Below, in pieces: positions 40,341-51,084 of a stretch of DNA of 64,000 nt. The position numbers and the translations under genes were made by a program. Below the pieces are notes generated by a model that ran no database searches, had not been told where the DNA came from, and saw nothing but the letters and a program-made list of their open reading frames with translations. Within the stretch, counting starts at the first letter, position 1. Each line of letters starts with the position of its first letter. This DNA comes from an uncultured delta proteobacterium (GTDB lineage: Bacteria; Desulfobacterota; RBG-13-43-22): NCBI GenBank assembly GCA_963711835.1, contig CAVQFQ010000012.1, forward strand, positions 64,001-128,000, in the 5' to 3' direction.

Positions 40341-41210
40341 TCAGTTAGACCGCAAACCCAGGATTTGCCTGGCCTCAGCCGGGCTGGCGATCTCTCTCCC
40401 CACCTCCCGGACGATCTTGGCCAGGGCTTCCACCAACAGACCGTTGTTCACGGCCTTTTCTCCGTTTGGTAGATAAAAAGTGTCCTCCAGGCCGCTCCGC
40501 ACATTCCCTCCCAATTCCACACAGCGCCGGTGCAGGTCCCAGACCTCTTTCCGGCCGATGGCGATTACCTGATAGTGGGCCCCTTTCGGCATCTCCTCGA
40601 TCAGCAGGGGAAGCCACTCCGGTTTGGCCGGCATACCGCTGGCCACACCCATGACCAGGGAGATGTGGGCCGCTCCCTCAAACATCCCGTTCCGCTGGAA
40701 AAGGCCCACGCTGCGCACGATCCCGCTATCAAAACATTCAAACTCCGGCACAACGCCGTTGGCCTTCATCACTTCCAGAAATCCTTGCACTTTTTCCACC
40801 GGATTATCGAACAGGCTCGGCGGCCAGGCCCAGTTGCCGTCGCTCCTGAGCTTTAAGTAGTTCAACGACCCGGCATTGCAGGCCGCCATCTCGGGTTTGA
40901 ACTTTTCCAGGCAGGCTGCCGGGCCGGAGATGTCCGACCCCATCACCCCGGTGCTCATGCAGATGATGATCTCCGGGACCCGGGCCTTGATGGCCGCCAG
41001 GATCGCTCCCACCGTTTCCAGGTCCCAGGTGGGCAGGTGCCCCAGGCCCTGACCCTGGTTACGGAAATGGACATGAACCGTGGAGGCCCCGGCATTGTAG
41101 GCCTGTTGGGCCTGGTCGGCCATCTCCTCCGGTGTTACCGGGACATGGTGAATCGCCGGATCGGTCAGCACGCCGGTCAAGGCGCAAGTGATAACAGTCT
41201 TGGCACTCAT
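40341..41210 (-). CDS. Beta-keto acid cleavage enzyme (BKACE/DUF849)
   Basis: ITCALTG...PVTPEE...AGAS.VHVHFR...STG...PEFECFD...RSGLED. Confidence 0.93.
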   Translation of the reverse strand: MSAKTVITCALTGVLTDPAIHHVPVTPEEMADQAQQAYNAGASTVHVHFRNQGQGLGHLPTWDLETVGAILAAIKARVPEIIICMSTGVMGSDISGPAACLEKFKPEMAACNAGSLNYLKLRSDGNWAWPPSLFDNPVEKVQGFLEVMKANGVVPEFECFDSGIVRSVGLFQRNGMFEGAAHISLVMGVASGMPAKPEWLPLLIEEMPKGAHYQVIAIGRKEVWDLHRRCVELGGNVRSGLEDTFYLPNGEKAVNNGLLVEALAKIVREVGREIASPAEARQILGLRSN

Positions 41211-41268
41211 TCCTTCCTCCTTAAAATATCTATTGTGATTTTCAAGCCTCATGAAAAATTGCGTGAAT

Positions 41269-41313
41269 AGGATTCGAGGGGCCAAGGGGTCGAGGGTGAA
41301 TCCTTGAACCCTC
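41269..41313. repeat. Octamer-periodic hairpin, family D copy 1
   Basis: AGGATTCG AGGGGCCA AGGGGTCG AGGG...AATCCTTGAACCCTC. Confidence 0.6.
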
Positions 41314-41320
41314 AAAAATT

Positions 41321-42877
41321 TTACGTCGGCCCTGTCCCATGCCCCTTGGCCCTCTTTGGAAGTGTCTCTCGCTTGTCCTTAGTTAATTCCAGGGCCTCGA
41401 TAATCCTCTTGCGGGTATCTTTTGGCTCAATGATCTCATCCACCACCTGAGCCGTCCAGCTCCTTCCTGCCTCGAAAACGTCCACTTTTTCTCTGGACCT
41501 ATTCAAGTACCCCTGGGTGGCGTCCTTCTCAATCCCTTTTCCATAAAGTTCCTGATAGTCCAGTGTGGAAGCCTCTACGGCCAGGCGGGCAATGGGCCAG
41601 GCGTAACAGACATCCACCCCCATTCCCTTGACGCCGCCCATAATGATACTCCCGGCATCCGCATAGGCTTCCCTGAGAATGACGCTGATCTTGGGAATGG
41701 TCGCCGTGGCATAAAGATCCAGGATCTTGCCCACATGTCTCAGAAGACCGATAGTCTCCTGCCCTTCTCCCGGCACTACGGAGGGGGTATCGATTAAAGT
41801 CAGCAAAGGAATATTATAGGCATCCAGAACCTGGAGAAACCGGTAATACTTGTCGCAAGAGTTGATCTCTAAAATACTCCCGGGCTCTTTGGGATTACAG
41901 GCCACCAACCCGACCACCTGGCCGTTGAATCGGCAGAAACAGGTGATCAGGTTCTTGGCGTATTCGTCCTTAATCTCAAGATACTCCCGGTCATCGACCA
42001 GGACCTTGATGACCTCGTGCATGTCGTAGGTCTGGTCAAAGTCGTCGGGAACGATGGCCGTCAATTCCTCCACTTCCCGATCGGCCTGATCCGAGGGGGT
42101 TCGAAAAGGAGGGCGCTCCCGCCAGTTCGAAGGCAGGTAACTCAGGAGCTGACGGGTCAGTTTGATGGTCTCAGCGTCATTATCCCCCACCAGGTCGCAG
42201 GTCCCGCTGTAGATCATGTGATAATCGGCCCCGCCGACGTCATCGCCGATTTTTTCCGAAGTGGCCGCCTGGGTCATGCGAGGACCGCCCAACCAGAGCT
42301 GGGCCGAGCCCCGGCTCATGAGGAGAAAATCACACAACACCGGACAATAGGCCTGGCCGGCGATGCAGGGACCCAGCAGGACGTTGATCTGGGGGATCAT
42401 ACCCGAATACCGCGATTCCAGGGCAAACCACCAGTCGATGCCGGCCATGGGCACATCCCGGTAACCCAGCCGGCCCCCGGATGAATCCAGCAGCCAGACC
42501 ATGGGGATCATCCAGCGGGCGGCCATCTCCATCAGCTTGACGAACTTCAGCCCATGCTGGGTGCCGATGGATCCGCCCAGGACGGTGAAGTCGCTGGCGT
42601 AGACCGCCACCAGGCGGCCCTCCACCCTTCCGCTGCCGACCACGGCCCCATCGCAGGGGGCGTCAAACTGACGCCCGTCAATCCGGGAACCGGTGGTGTT
42701 GACCGGGGAGCCCAGTTCATGAAAGGTTCCGGGATCCAGGAGATGCTCGATCCTTTCCCGGGCCGTCAGCTTGCCCCTGCGGTGCTGCCGGTCGATATGC
42801 TCCTGCCCGCCGCCGGAGAGATTTCTTTCCTGGATTTCCCTCAACCTCTGAATGGCTTGTTCGTATCGTTCATTCAT
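41321..42877 (-). CDS. Acyl-CoA carboxylase carboxyltransferase subunit (degenerate C-domain)
   Basis: GKLTARERI..LLDPG, DFTVLGGS, DSSGGRL, GPCIAG. Confidence 0.92.
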   Translation of the reverse strand: MNERYEQAIQRLREIQERNLSGGGQEHIDRQHRRGKLTARERIEHLLDPGTFHELGSPVNTTGSRIDGRQFDAPCDGAVVGSGRVEGRLVAVYASDFTVLGGSIGTQHGLKFVKLMEMAARWMIPMVWLLDSSGGRLGYRDVPMAGIDWWFALESRYSGMIPQINVLLGPCIAGQAYCPVLCDFLLMSRGSAQLWLGGPRMTQAATSEKIGDDVGGADYHMIYSGTCDLVGDNDAETIKLTRQLLSYLPSNWRERPPFRTPSDQADREVEELTAIVPDDFDQTYDMHEVIKVLVDDREYLEIKDEYAKNLITCFCRFNGQVVGLVACNPKEPGSILEINSCDKYYRFLQVLDAYNIPLLTLIDTPSVVPGEGQETIGLLRHVGKILDLYATATIPKISVILREAYADAGSIIMGGVKGMGVDVCYAWPIARLAVEASTLDYQELYGKGIEKDATQGYLNRSREKVDVFEAGRSWTAQVVDEIIEPKDTRKRIIEALELTKDKRETLPKRAKGHGTGPT

Positions 42878-42907
42878 TTTTCCACCTACTAAATCAAAAC
42901 AAGTTTA

Positions 42908-43086
42908 TCACCGCCCACTCGTCACCGCCTTTGGCATGACTCGTTCAAGACGCAGAGATCGCTAAGAGAAATTTTTTTCATTTGCCTGTGAGAGGCAGGC
43001 AAATGAAAAGAGCTCGTTTTGCTTTCCGCCTTCTTAGCGGAAAGCAAAAATATTCTTCTTTGCGTCCTTTGCGCCTTTGCGGTGAA
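42908..43086 (+). repeat. Family B intergenic element, copy 2
   Basis: TCACCGC...GCGGTGA ends, nonamer arm TCTTTGCGTCCTTTGCGCCTTTGCGG, internal hairpins TTTTCATTTGCCTG/CAGGCAAATGAAAA and TTTTGCTTTCCGC/GCGGAAAGCAAAA. Confidence 0.75.
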
Positions 43087-43152
43087 GATAAACCATTATT
43101 CGCCATGGTAAATAACCAAACTTTGCCTGCCTCACGCGTCACCCGTCACTTA

Positions 43153-44703
43153 TTACGCCGGTTTTATGGAGCGCCTCTTCTCGGGCAAAATCTCCCGCTT
43201 GTTTTGAACCGCCTCAATGGCCCGGATGATCCGGGGTCGCGTGTCCCTGGGGTCAATCACCTCATGGGTCGTATAGTAGGAAGTCCAGATCTTGGCCAGG
43301 TTCATGACCGAGAACTGCTCCTTGAGGATGCTCAGATACTGATTGAATACCTGTTCAAAGTTCCCCTGCTCCTTGGCCTTGGCCAGCTCCTTATGGAAAA
43401 TGGCATGGACCACGGTCTCCGGACCGGTAGGGGCGAATTCCACGGTCGGCCAGGTGTAAATAAAATCCGGAAACATCTTGGAGCAACCCAGGACGATATT
43501 GGCCCCACCGTAAGAACGCCGCAGGACCATGGTGATCTTGGGGCAGGTCAGGTGGGCATAGGAATGGAGAAGCTTGGCCCCATGTCGAAGAACACCCATC
43601 CTTTCCCAGCGGTCTCCCGGAGGAAAGGCGGTGGTATCCACCAGGGTAATAAGAGGGATGTTGAAAGCATCCAGGAAATTCATGAAGCGGTCGTACTTGT
43701 CCGAGGAGTCGGGCTCCAGGATGCCGCTCATTTCATCGGGGTTATTGGCCACGATACCAGCGGCATATCCCCCGAAGCGGGCCAAGCCGATGATCAGATG
43801 CGAGGCAAATTCCTCCTTGAGCTCAAAAAAAATCCCTTCGTCCACGATCTTATCGATGACCTCATGCATGTCATAGGTAAATTTGGGGTCATCGGGCATG
43901 ATGTTCAGCAGATCTTCCTCCCGCCTTTCCGGATCATCTGCGGTCTGCTTATAGGGCGGCCTTTCCCGGCAATTTTGTGGGAGATAATTCAACAGACGCT
44001 TGGTTTGCTCGATCGCTTCTTCATCGCTGTCCACGATGAGGTCGCACTGGCCGCTCTTTTCCATATGGAACCCGGCCGATCCAGCTCCAGAGGTCCCTTT
44101 TTCACCACCCAGCCAGAGAAAGGCTGTTTTCCGGTTCATGATAAGGAAGTCGGCCAGCACCGGGAGAACCGCCTGAACCCCGGTGCAGGGTCCGAGCAGC
44201 AGGATGATCCGGGGGATGATCCCGGAGTAGAGGCAGGTATTCCTTAAAAATTCGCTAAAACCATTAAGACCGGAGTCGCCGCCTTTGAAGCTGAGGCGTT
44301 CCCCGGCCGAATCGATCATTCCGATCAGGGGGACTTCCATTTGACCGGCCATCTTGGTCAGGTCGTTCAGTTTCCAGGCGGCCTGGTCGCCCAGGGAGCC
44401 GGACATGACGGTAAAGTCCGTGGCATACAGGGCGACGATGCGCTTATTGATCCGGCCAAAGCCGGTCACCACCCCATCTGCAGGACTGGGTCTTTCCCGG
44501 CCGTCATAGGGAGGGCGCATATCACGGACCATGGATCCGATTTCCTCGAAGCTCCCTTCGTCCAGAAGCGTATTAATCCTCTCCCTGGCGCTGAGCTTTC
44601 CTGATTGATGCTGCACCAGGAGCCGCTCCGGGCCGCCGCCTTCCAGGTTCTCCTGGCGAACTTTTTCCAGCCGGGCCAGATAGCCGTCCATCCATTTTCC
44701 CAT
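43153..44703 (-). CDS. Acyl-CoA carboxylase carboxyltransferase subunit (degenerate N-domain)
   Basis: GKLSARERI, DFTVMSGS, RHGAKLL, RRSYGGA. Confidence 0.92.
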   Translation of the reverse strand: MGKWMDGYLARLEKVRQENLEGGGPERLLVQHQSGKLSARERINTLLDEGSFEEIGSMVRDMRPPYDGRERPSPADGVVTGFGRINKRIVALYATDFTVMSGSLGDQAAWKLNDLTKMAGQMEVPLIGMIDSAGERLSFKGGDSGLNGFSEFLRNTCLYSGIIPRIILLLGPCTGVQAVLPVLADFLIMNRKTAFLWLGGEKGTSGAGSAGFHMEKSGQCDLIVDSDEEAIEQTKRLLNYLPQNCRERPPYKQTADDPERREEDLLNIMPDDPKFTYDMHEVIDKIVDEGIFFELKEEFASHLIIGLARFGGYAAGIVANNPDEMSGILEPDSSDKYDRFMNFLDAFNIPLITLVDTTAFPPGDRWERMGVLRHGAKLLHSYAHLTCPKITMVLRRSYGGANIVLGCSKMFPDFIYTWPTVEFAPTGPETVVHAIFHKELAKAKEQGNFEQVFNQYLSILKEQFSVMNLAKIWTSYYTTHEVIDPRDTRPRIIRAIEAVQNKREILPEKRRSIKPA

Positions 44704-44739
44704 ACTTCCACCATCTCCGCTTTTATCTTTTTATGAGAA

Positions 44740-44830
44740 AGGGGCCAAGGATTCAGGGGTCGAGGGTTCAAGTGAGAATTAGTATCATTAATTAATTCGC
44801 CGAACGCTCGAACGCTTGACGCCGGGATCC
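44740..44830. repeat. Octamer-periodic element, family D copy 2
   Basis: AGGGGCCA AGGATTCA GGGGTCG AGGGTTCA AGTGA ... CGAACGCT CGAACGCT TGACGCC. Confidence 0.55.
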
Positions 44831-46847
44831 GTTTAATTTTATACTTTGCAGTGCTGCTTCAAACCCTTGCCTCACCGCATCCCCGATCTTACCCGGCTTA
44901 TTGGCATCGCCAAGGGTGACGATCTCGATGCTGCTTCCCTTCAGGGCCTTTTCCAGATCATTCACAGGCAGCACCCCGGCAGCCATGATCACCGTATCGG
45001 CCGGGATGAACTCCTCTCCCTGATCGGTCATCACTTTGACGCCTTCATCGGTAACTTCAAGCAGCCGGGTCCGTGTTCGCATCTCCACCCCCATAAGTTT
45101 GAGGGTTTTCATCAGGGACCAGCGGCTCGAGCGGCTTACATTGGCCGCCAGTTTGCTCATCATCTCTATGATCGTTATTTTTCTTCCCGGTTTATGAAGA
45201 AGCTTAAGCGCCCAGTCCGGCTGTTCGGCGCTGTGGGCCATCAGAAAGGTAAATGTTTCCGGATCGGGAGTACCCATTAGCGGCAATGAAATGAGCGGTT
45301 TCGCATCCGGTAGCGCTTCCTCCCACAATGACCACCTGGTTGCCGATATGGGCGATCTTGTCATTTAAGACATCCCAGGCACTGACCACCATGGGGTTAT
45401 TGATGCCCGGAACATCCGGGACGGCCGCCCTGGCCCCGGAGGCAACCACCAGGAGATCCGGCTTTCCCCTCTCCACCAGCTCGGGGGTCAGCGGGGTATT
45501 CAGGTTCACGGCTACCCCCCAGCGATTCATACGGGCCGTCATGCTGCCAATGATTTTCAGAAACTCTTTCTTCCCAGGTGCCGCAGCAGCCAGGTTGACC
45601 TGGCCTCCCAACCGGTCGTCTTGCTCATAAAGGGTTACCTGGTGGCCCCTCTGTGCCGCCGTCAGGGCAAATTCCATCCCGGCCGGTCCGCCGCCGGCAA
45701 CCATAATTTTCTTGGGGATCTCCGCCTGGTTAATTTGAATTTCATACTCCCTGCCGGTCCGGGGGTTGAGAATGCAGCCCACGGACTCACCGGAGAAGAT
45801 GGGGTCAAAGCAGCCCTGGTTGCAGGAGATACAGGAAATGACTTCATCGAGCCGGCCCTCTTTCACTTTATTGGGCAATTCCGGATCAGTCAGAAGGGGC
45901 CGGCCCCAGCAGATCAGGTCACAGGCCCCTGACCTCAAGGCCCTCTCGGCCACCAGGGGATTGCCGAGGCGGTTGGAGGCGAATACCGGCACGGCCACCT
46001 TTTCCTTGATGCCGCGGGCCAGGTAGAGAAAAACCCCGGCAGGCACATCGCTGGTAAGTTGAGGGACATTGGTTTCATGCCAGCCGCCGGTGACATTAAC
46101 GGCATGGATGCCCATCTTTTGGGCCTCCAGGGCGAACTCGGCCTCCCCTTCGTTGGTCAATCCCCCGGGCATGAATTCGTTTCCGGAAACGCGTATCCCT
46201 AAGGGGGTTTCTTCTCCAACGGCCTTCTTAACCTTGGCGATGACCTCGAGCCCGAAGCGCATCCGGTTTTCCTTGGTCCGCCCATAGTCGTCGCTTCGTT
46301 GATTGGTGACCGGGGAAAGAAATTGACTGATCAGGTAGCCGGTGCAGGTCAGGATTTCGATATAATCGAACCCGGCCCCTTTGGCCCTTACGGCGGCCCG
46401 GACATAAGCCTGCTGCACTTCCTCGATGTCCTCGAGGGTCATCTCCCGCGGGGTCTCCCCGGTAAGCTTGCTGGGGATGGCCGAGGGGGCGATGGAGGTC
46501 ATACCGCTTAAAAAGGAAAAGGCGTACCGGCCCATGTGAAGAAACTGGATCCCGATCTTGGCTTCCGATTCTCCGTGAAGTTCCTCTACCAGGGCCTTCA
46601 AGGGTCGAACCTGATCATCCTCAAAAAGCCCGATCATCACCGGGGCGCTGCCCACCCGGTCAATGGCGATGGGCCCGATAGTCAGCAGCCCCACACCGCC
46701 TTTAGCCCGCTCCCGATAAAAAGCCCGGTAACGGTCGTTAAAGGAATAATCCATGGTGTAGATGAGGCCCATGGCGGGCATGACGATCCGGTTTGGGATT
46801 CTAAGGCCATGAATGGAAATAGGTTCGAAGAGCCGGTCGAAGGTCAT
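44792..46847 (-). CDS. NADH:flavin oxidoreductase, 2,4-dienoyl-CoA reductase FadH-like (frameshift near 45280)
   Basis: NRIVMPAM, GYLISQFLSP.TN.R.D.YG, GWHE, CISCNQGC...C, GGGPAG, VGG..TGCE. Confidence 0.88.
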
Positions 46848-46992
46848 TGCTCCCTCCTCATTCGGTATATTTTCCTTTTGGTTCTTAAAAGCCCTCCCGC
46901 GTGCCCTGGGAGGTGGAGCGATGAATCGGGTCCCGCTTCAAGGAGCGAGATCGTGCGCCCGGGAAGGGCGGAGACAGTTTGGAAAGGTCAAA

Positions 46993-48216
46993 TCATCCGT
47001 AGTGTTTTTCTTCTTCATCCGGGGTCTGGGCATCAGCCTCGATGTCCCGGGATTGGCCCTGGGATTTCTTCAGTTCCCGGTAATACTCGTGCTGAATCAA
47101 CAAATTCATCACTTGATTGGTCCCGGTCCAGATCATGGCCAGGCGGCAGTCCCGAAGCATCCGCTCGATGGGATAAACCGTGGTATAGCCGATGCCGCCC
47201 ATGATCTGCATGGCGTTGTTGATCACCTGCCAGGCCGCTTCCGTACCCACTTTTTTCGCTTCTGAGACCAGGCGCCGGCCGTCCTCACCGGCATCGACCT
47301 TTTTCGCAGCCACATAGACCAGGGCTTGGGCGGAATCCAAAAGGGCCGCGGAATCAGCCACCATGAAGTTGACCGCCTGGAAATTATCAATCGTCTTTCC
47401 AAAGGCCTTCCTTCGGGTGGTATAACGGGCCGCCACCTCCAGAGCTGCTCGCCCGGCCCCGACAGAGCCGGCTCCGCTTAGGAGTCTTTCCGGGACCATC
47501 ATCCGGTTAAAAATGGCATGGGCCTGATGAAGGTTTCCAACCACGTTTTCTTTGGGAACACGGACATCCTTAAAGACGATCCTTCCGGTTCCCCCTCCCC
47601 GGGTCCCCAGCAGGGTATAAATATTCTGCACTTCAACGCCAAAGGCCCTTTCCACGATAAAGCAGCTTATCGATTCATGGACCGGCGCCTTGGGATCGGA
47701 CTTGGCATAGACCAGAAACCAGTCCGAGTCCTGGGCCCCGACCACAAACCTTTTTTCACCGTTCAGGATAAACGAATCGCCGTCTTTTACCGCGGTAGTG
47801 GTGGCCCCGAAGAAATCCGAGCCCCCTCTCGGTTCGGTCAGGGCCTCGGCGCTGTAAAGTTTACCGGCCAGAGTGGGGGCCAGGTATTTTTCTTTTTGTT
47901 CCCGGGTCCCGAAAAGATTGAGGGCTTCTCCCACGATGCTCGGCATCACGTATGCGCACGACAGGGAATTCCCCAGAACCCCCACCTCCTCGACGGCGGC
48001 GCATTCGGCTGTCCAGTTCAGGCCCCTGCCCCCGTATTCCTTAGGAAAACGACATCCCAGCAGATTTTTAGCGGCGGCCATTTCCACAAAAGGCCGGCCG
48101 GTTTCGATCTTGCTGGCATCCATGTCCCGGATCAACTGGCTGGACACGCTTTTGACAAATTCCCGGACCTGGTTACGGAAGGCTTTTTCTTCCTCGGTAA
48201 GTAAAAAATCAAACAT
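46993..48216 (-). CDS. Acyl-CoA dehydrogenase
   Basis: LTEPRGGSD, NGEKRFVVG, MGGIGYT, IWTGT. Confidence 0.93.
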   Translation of the reverse strand: MFDFLLTEEEKAFRNQVREFVKSVSSQLIRDMDASKIETGRPFVEMAAAKNLLGCRFPKEYGGRGLNWTAECAAVEEVGVLGNSLSCAYVMPSIVGEALNLFGTREQKEKYLAPTLAGKLYSAEALTEPRGGSDFFGATTTAVKDGDSFILNGEKRFVVGAQDSDWFLVYAKSDPKAPVHESISCFIVERAFGVEVQNIYTLLGTRGGGTGRIVFKDVRVPKENVVGNLHQAHAIFNRMMVPERLLSGAGSVGAGRAALEVAARYTTRRKAFGKTIDNFQAVNFMVADSAALLDSAQALVYVAAKKVDAGEDGRRLVSEAKKVGTEAAWQVINNAMQIMGGIGYTTVYPIERMLRDCRLAMIWTGTNQVMNLLIQHEYYRELKKSQGQSRDIEADAQTPDEEEKHYG

Positions 48217-48250
48217 GGCTGCCTCCTTTAGAGTACGAAAATCATCCGGT

Positions 48251-48952
48251 TTAGACCACCAAATATTTGCGGATGATTGCTTCGTTGTTCCAGATGTCTT
48301 CCATGCCCCCGGAGTGCTGGATCATCCCCTTCTCGATAATATAGCCGCGGGTGCAGACCTTGCGGCAAAATTTGAGGTTCTGGTCAGCCAGGAGAATAGT
48401 CACCCCCTGCTCGTGAATCTTGCCCAGCACTTCGATCAAATTGGCCACCACCAACGGGGCCAGCCCTTCGGAAGGTTCATCCAACAATATCAAGCGGGGA
48501 TTGGCCATTAATGCCCGGCCGATGCCCAGCATCTTTTTCTCTCCGCCGGAAAGATTCATTCCTTTTGCTTTGGACAGGTCACCCAACACCGGAAAAAGTT
48601 CGATTACCCGCTCCCGGTTCCAGTAGCCGGTCCGCTTGGACAGGCGGCGAGCGATCTCAAGATTCTCGTCGGTGGTCAGGTCGGGAAAGATACGGAGATC
48701 ATCGGGCATATAGCCTACGCCCTGGCGGGCGATGTTATAGGCCGGCCGGCCGGAGATCTCTTTTCCCAGGAACGTTATCGACCCCCGTTTGGGCGGGGTC
48801 AGGCCGATGATGGACCGCAGGGTGGTTGTTTTGCCCACTCCGTTCCGCCCAAGAAGAGCCACCACTTCCCCTTCTGCAACGGACAGGGAAATGCTTTGGA
48901 GCACGTGGCTGATGCCGTAGTAGGTGTCGATGTTGGAAACTTCTAAAAGCAT
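48251..48952 (-). CDS. livF: Liv-type ABC ATP-binding protein
   Basis: GRNGVGKTT, LSGGE, LLDEPSEGLAP. Confidence 0.92.
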   Translation of the reverse strand: MLLEVSNIDTYYGISHVLQSISLSVAEGEVVALLGRNGVGKTTTLRSIIGLTPPKRGSITFLGKEISGRPAYNIARQGVGYMPDDLRIFPDLTTDENLEIARRLSKRTGYWNRERVIELFPVLGDLSKAKGMNLSGGEKKMLGIGRALMANPRLILLDEPSEGLAPLVVANLIEVLGKIHEQGVTILLADQNLKFCRKVCTRGYIIEKGMIQHSGGMEDIWNNEAIIRKYLVV

Positions 48953-49083
48953 AAAATCCTCAAACTCGAAATCCGAAACAAATCCAAATGACAAAAATTC
49001 AAATTTTGAAACCAATCGTTTTGAACATTTGAATTTTGAATTCTGGTCATTGTTTCGAATTTCGTGCTTCGAATTTCGGATTT
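48953..49083. repeat. Family C element, copy 2
   Basis: CGAAATCCGAAACAAATCCAAATG...TTGTTTCGAATTTCGTGCTTCGAATTTCGGATTT between livG and livF. Confidence 0.8.
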
Positions 49084-49097
49084 AGCCTTCATACTGA

Positions 49098-49868
49098 TCA
49101 AATCGAATCTCCCAGATAGACTTCCCGTACCTTCTCATTCTGCTTGATGTCTTCCGGACTTCCGTCTCCCAGCAATTCCCCCCGATGCAGTACAATAACC
49201 CGCTCCGAAAGGGAAAAGACGACATCCATGTCGTGTTCTACCAGAACGAAAGTCGTCTGGCCTTCCCGGGATAACTGCCGGATATTTTCCAGGACCTTCA
49301 CCCTTTCCACCGGGTTCATGCCGGCCGTAGGCTCATCCAGAAAAAGTAAGGCCGGTTTCACCGCCAAAGCCACCGCCACCTCCAATAGACGCTGATCGCC
49401 ATGAGACAGGGCATTGGCCGGAGTGGTGCGCACCCCGCCCAGACCCACTTTTTCCAGCAGGGTATCCACTTGCTTGAGGGCCGCCCTCTCTCCAGATACA
49501 GGCGAGAAAATGCGGGTCGCCCTTCCTGAAAGGGCCAGAGTGGGAATCATGATATTTTCCAGGACGGTCAATTCGGGAAAAATATTGACGATCTGGAAAG
49601 AACGGCAGATGCCCAAGCGCACCCGTTGGTGAATCGGCAAATGGGTTATGTTCTGTCCCCTAAACCGAATGGTCCCGGACTGAACCGGGAGGTTGCCGGT
49701 GATCAGATTGATCAGGGTGGATTTACCCGCCCCGTTCGGCCCGATGATCGAGGTCAACACGCCGGATTCGATATCCAAATCCAGGTCCCTGGCCGTACAG
49801 ACCATCCCGAAATAATTGGACAATTTCCTGATTTCTAAAATAACCCCGCCCATTCTTTCCTTATTCAC
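49098..49868 (-). CDS. livG: Liv-type ABC ATP-binding protein
   Basis: GPNGAGKST, RSFQ, LSHGDQR, LDEPTAGM, VEHDM, VYLG. Confidence 0.92.
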   Translation of the reverse strand: MNKERMGGVILEIRKLSNYFGMVCTARDLDLDIESGVLTSIIGPNGAGKSTLINLITGNLPVQSGTIRFRGQNITHLPIHQRVRLGICRSFQIVNIFPELTVLENIMIPTLALSGRATRIFSPVSGERAALKQVDTLLEKVGLGGVRTTPANALSHGDQRLLEVAVALAVKPALLFLDEPTAGMNPVERVKVLENIRQLSREGQTTFVLVEHDMDVVFSLSERVIVLHRGELLGDGSPEDIKQNEKVREVYLGDSI

Positions 49869-49873
49869 ACCGA

Positions 49874-50105
49874 CCCGAAAAATTCGGAAAAGATTTTTGC
49901 CACAGACAAAGACTGGATCCCGCTTTCAGCGGGACGGCGACTTGCCGCCACCCTAATCGTCAGCGCCTTTGGCGCATATAAAGTCTTTCCTCGCGAAGCT
50001 ATGGCCTGTTATGCCCGTTCAAAGCCTGCCCCGTAGGTATTAATACGGGGTCGAACGGGCATAAAAAATATCGTCTACCTTCGTCTGCGTGGGTCGGTGG
50101 CAAAA
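49874..50105 (+). mobile_element. Family A element, copy 4
   Basis: Near-identical to 16057-16280, including GTAGGTATTAATACGGGGTCGAACGGGCATA. Confidence 0.82.
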
Positions 50106-50123
50106 TAAAAGAATCTAAAGGCA

Positions 50124-51077
50124 CTAACGGGAAGTTCCAAATATTCTTTGGAAGACTCCGACCACGCCGCCGCGGAAGCCCATGATGATGATCAACAGAA
50201 CCACCCCAAACCAGAGCATCCAGTTCTCTGTAAAACGCTGTATCAATTCCCGCATGGCCACAAAGATCACGCTGCCCACCAAGGGGCCCAAAAAAGTCTG
50301 TAATCCTCCCAGAAGGCTGACCAGGATCGGCTCGGCCGAATGGCTCCAGTGGGCCATAAAAGGCCTGGCGTTGCTCTCCAGCAGGGTTTCCAGACCCCCG
50401 GCCAAACCGGCAAAGGCCCCGCTTATGATAAAAACCGCCAGGCGGTAATTTTTTACCGAAAGACCGGCAAACTCGGCCCGGTTGGAGTTTTCCCGGATCC
50501 CGGCCAGGGCCAGTCCAAATGGGGATACCCGGATGCGATGGACAATCCAGGCACTTACGATAAAAACAGCCAGGACTAAGAAGTAATACTGGGCATCCTT
50601 GCTTATGGGCAGGCTGAAGACCCCGAAGAGGGAAACAGGTTCCCGCATGATGCCCACCAGGCCGTCGTCGCCGCCGGTGATTTGCCTGGCTTTCCAGATC
50701 AGGGAAAAAACCATCATGCCAAAGGCCAGGGTCAGCATGGCAAAATAGATCTCCGAGTGGCGGACACAAAAGAAGCCGATGATCAAAGCCAGGACCATAG
50801 CCACCAGTACGGCGGCCAAGAGGCCTAACAAGGGATGGGGAGAAAGCTTGAGGGTGAAAAAGCCCAAGCCATAAGCCCCTGCGGCATAAAAAGCGGCATG
50901 GCCGAAAGAGAGCAGGCCGGTTCGTCCCAGGAGCAAATTATATCCCAGGGCGAAGATACCAAGGATCATGACCCGCATGGTCAGGTAGATTGTAAAACGA
51001 CCGCTGAAGAGGCCGATACCTACCAGCAGTATCAGGATCAACGCGATGAATAGGATTTGCCGTCGTTTTAGTTTCAT
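50124..51077 (-). CDS. livM: Liv-type ABC permease
   Basis: GLLSFGHAAF, YFAMLTLAF, TGGDDG, SPFG..L.GIREN. Confidence 0.9.
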   Translation of the reverse strand: MKLKRRQILFIALILILLVGIGLFSGRFTIYLTMRVMILGIFALGYNLLLGRTGLLSFGHAAFYAAGAYGLGFFTLKLSPHPLLGLLAAVLVAMVLALIIGFFCVRHSEIYFAMLTLAFGMMVFSLIWKARQITGGDDGLVGIMREPVSLFGVFSLPISKDAQYYFLVLAVFIVSAWIVHRIRVSPFGLALAGIRENSNRAEFAGLSVKNYRLAVFIISGAFAGLAGGLETLLESNARPFMAHWSHSAEPILVSLLGGLQTFLGPLVGSVIFVAMRELIQRFTENWMLWFGVVLLIIIMGFRGGVVGVFQRIFGTSR

Positions 51078-51084
51078 GGCTGGA

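Noticed and set aside
46870-46990. GC-rich intergenic stretch as an ncRNA or tRNA
   Set aside because: Only weak pairing, no cloverleaf or known motif, and no second copy in the window.
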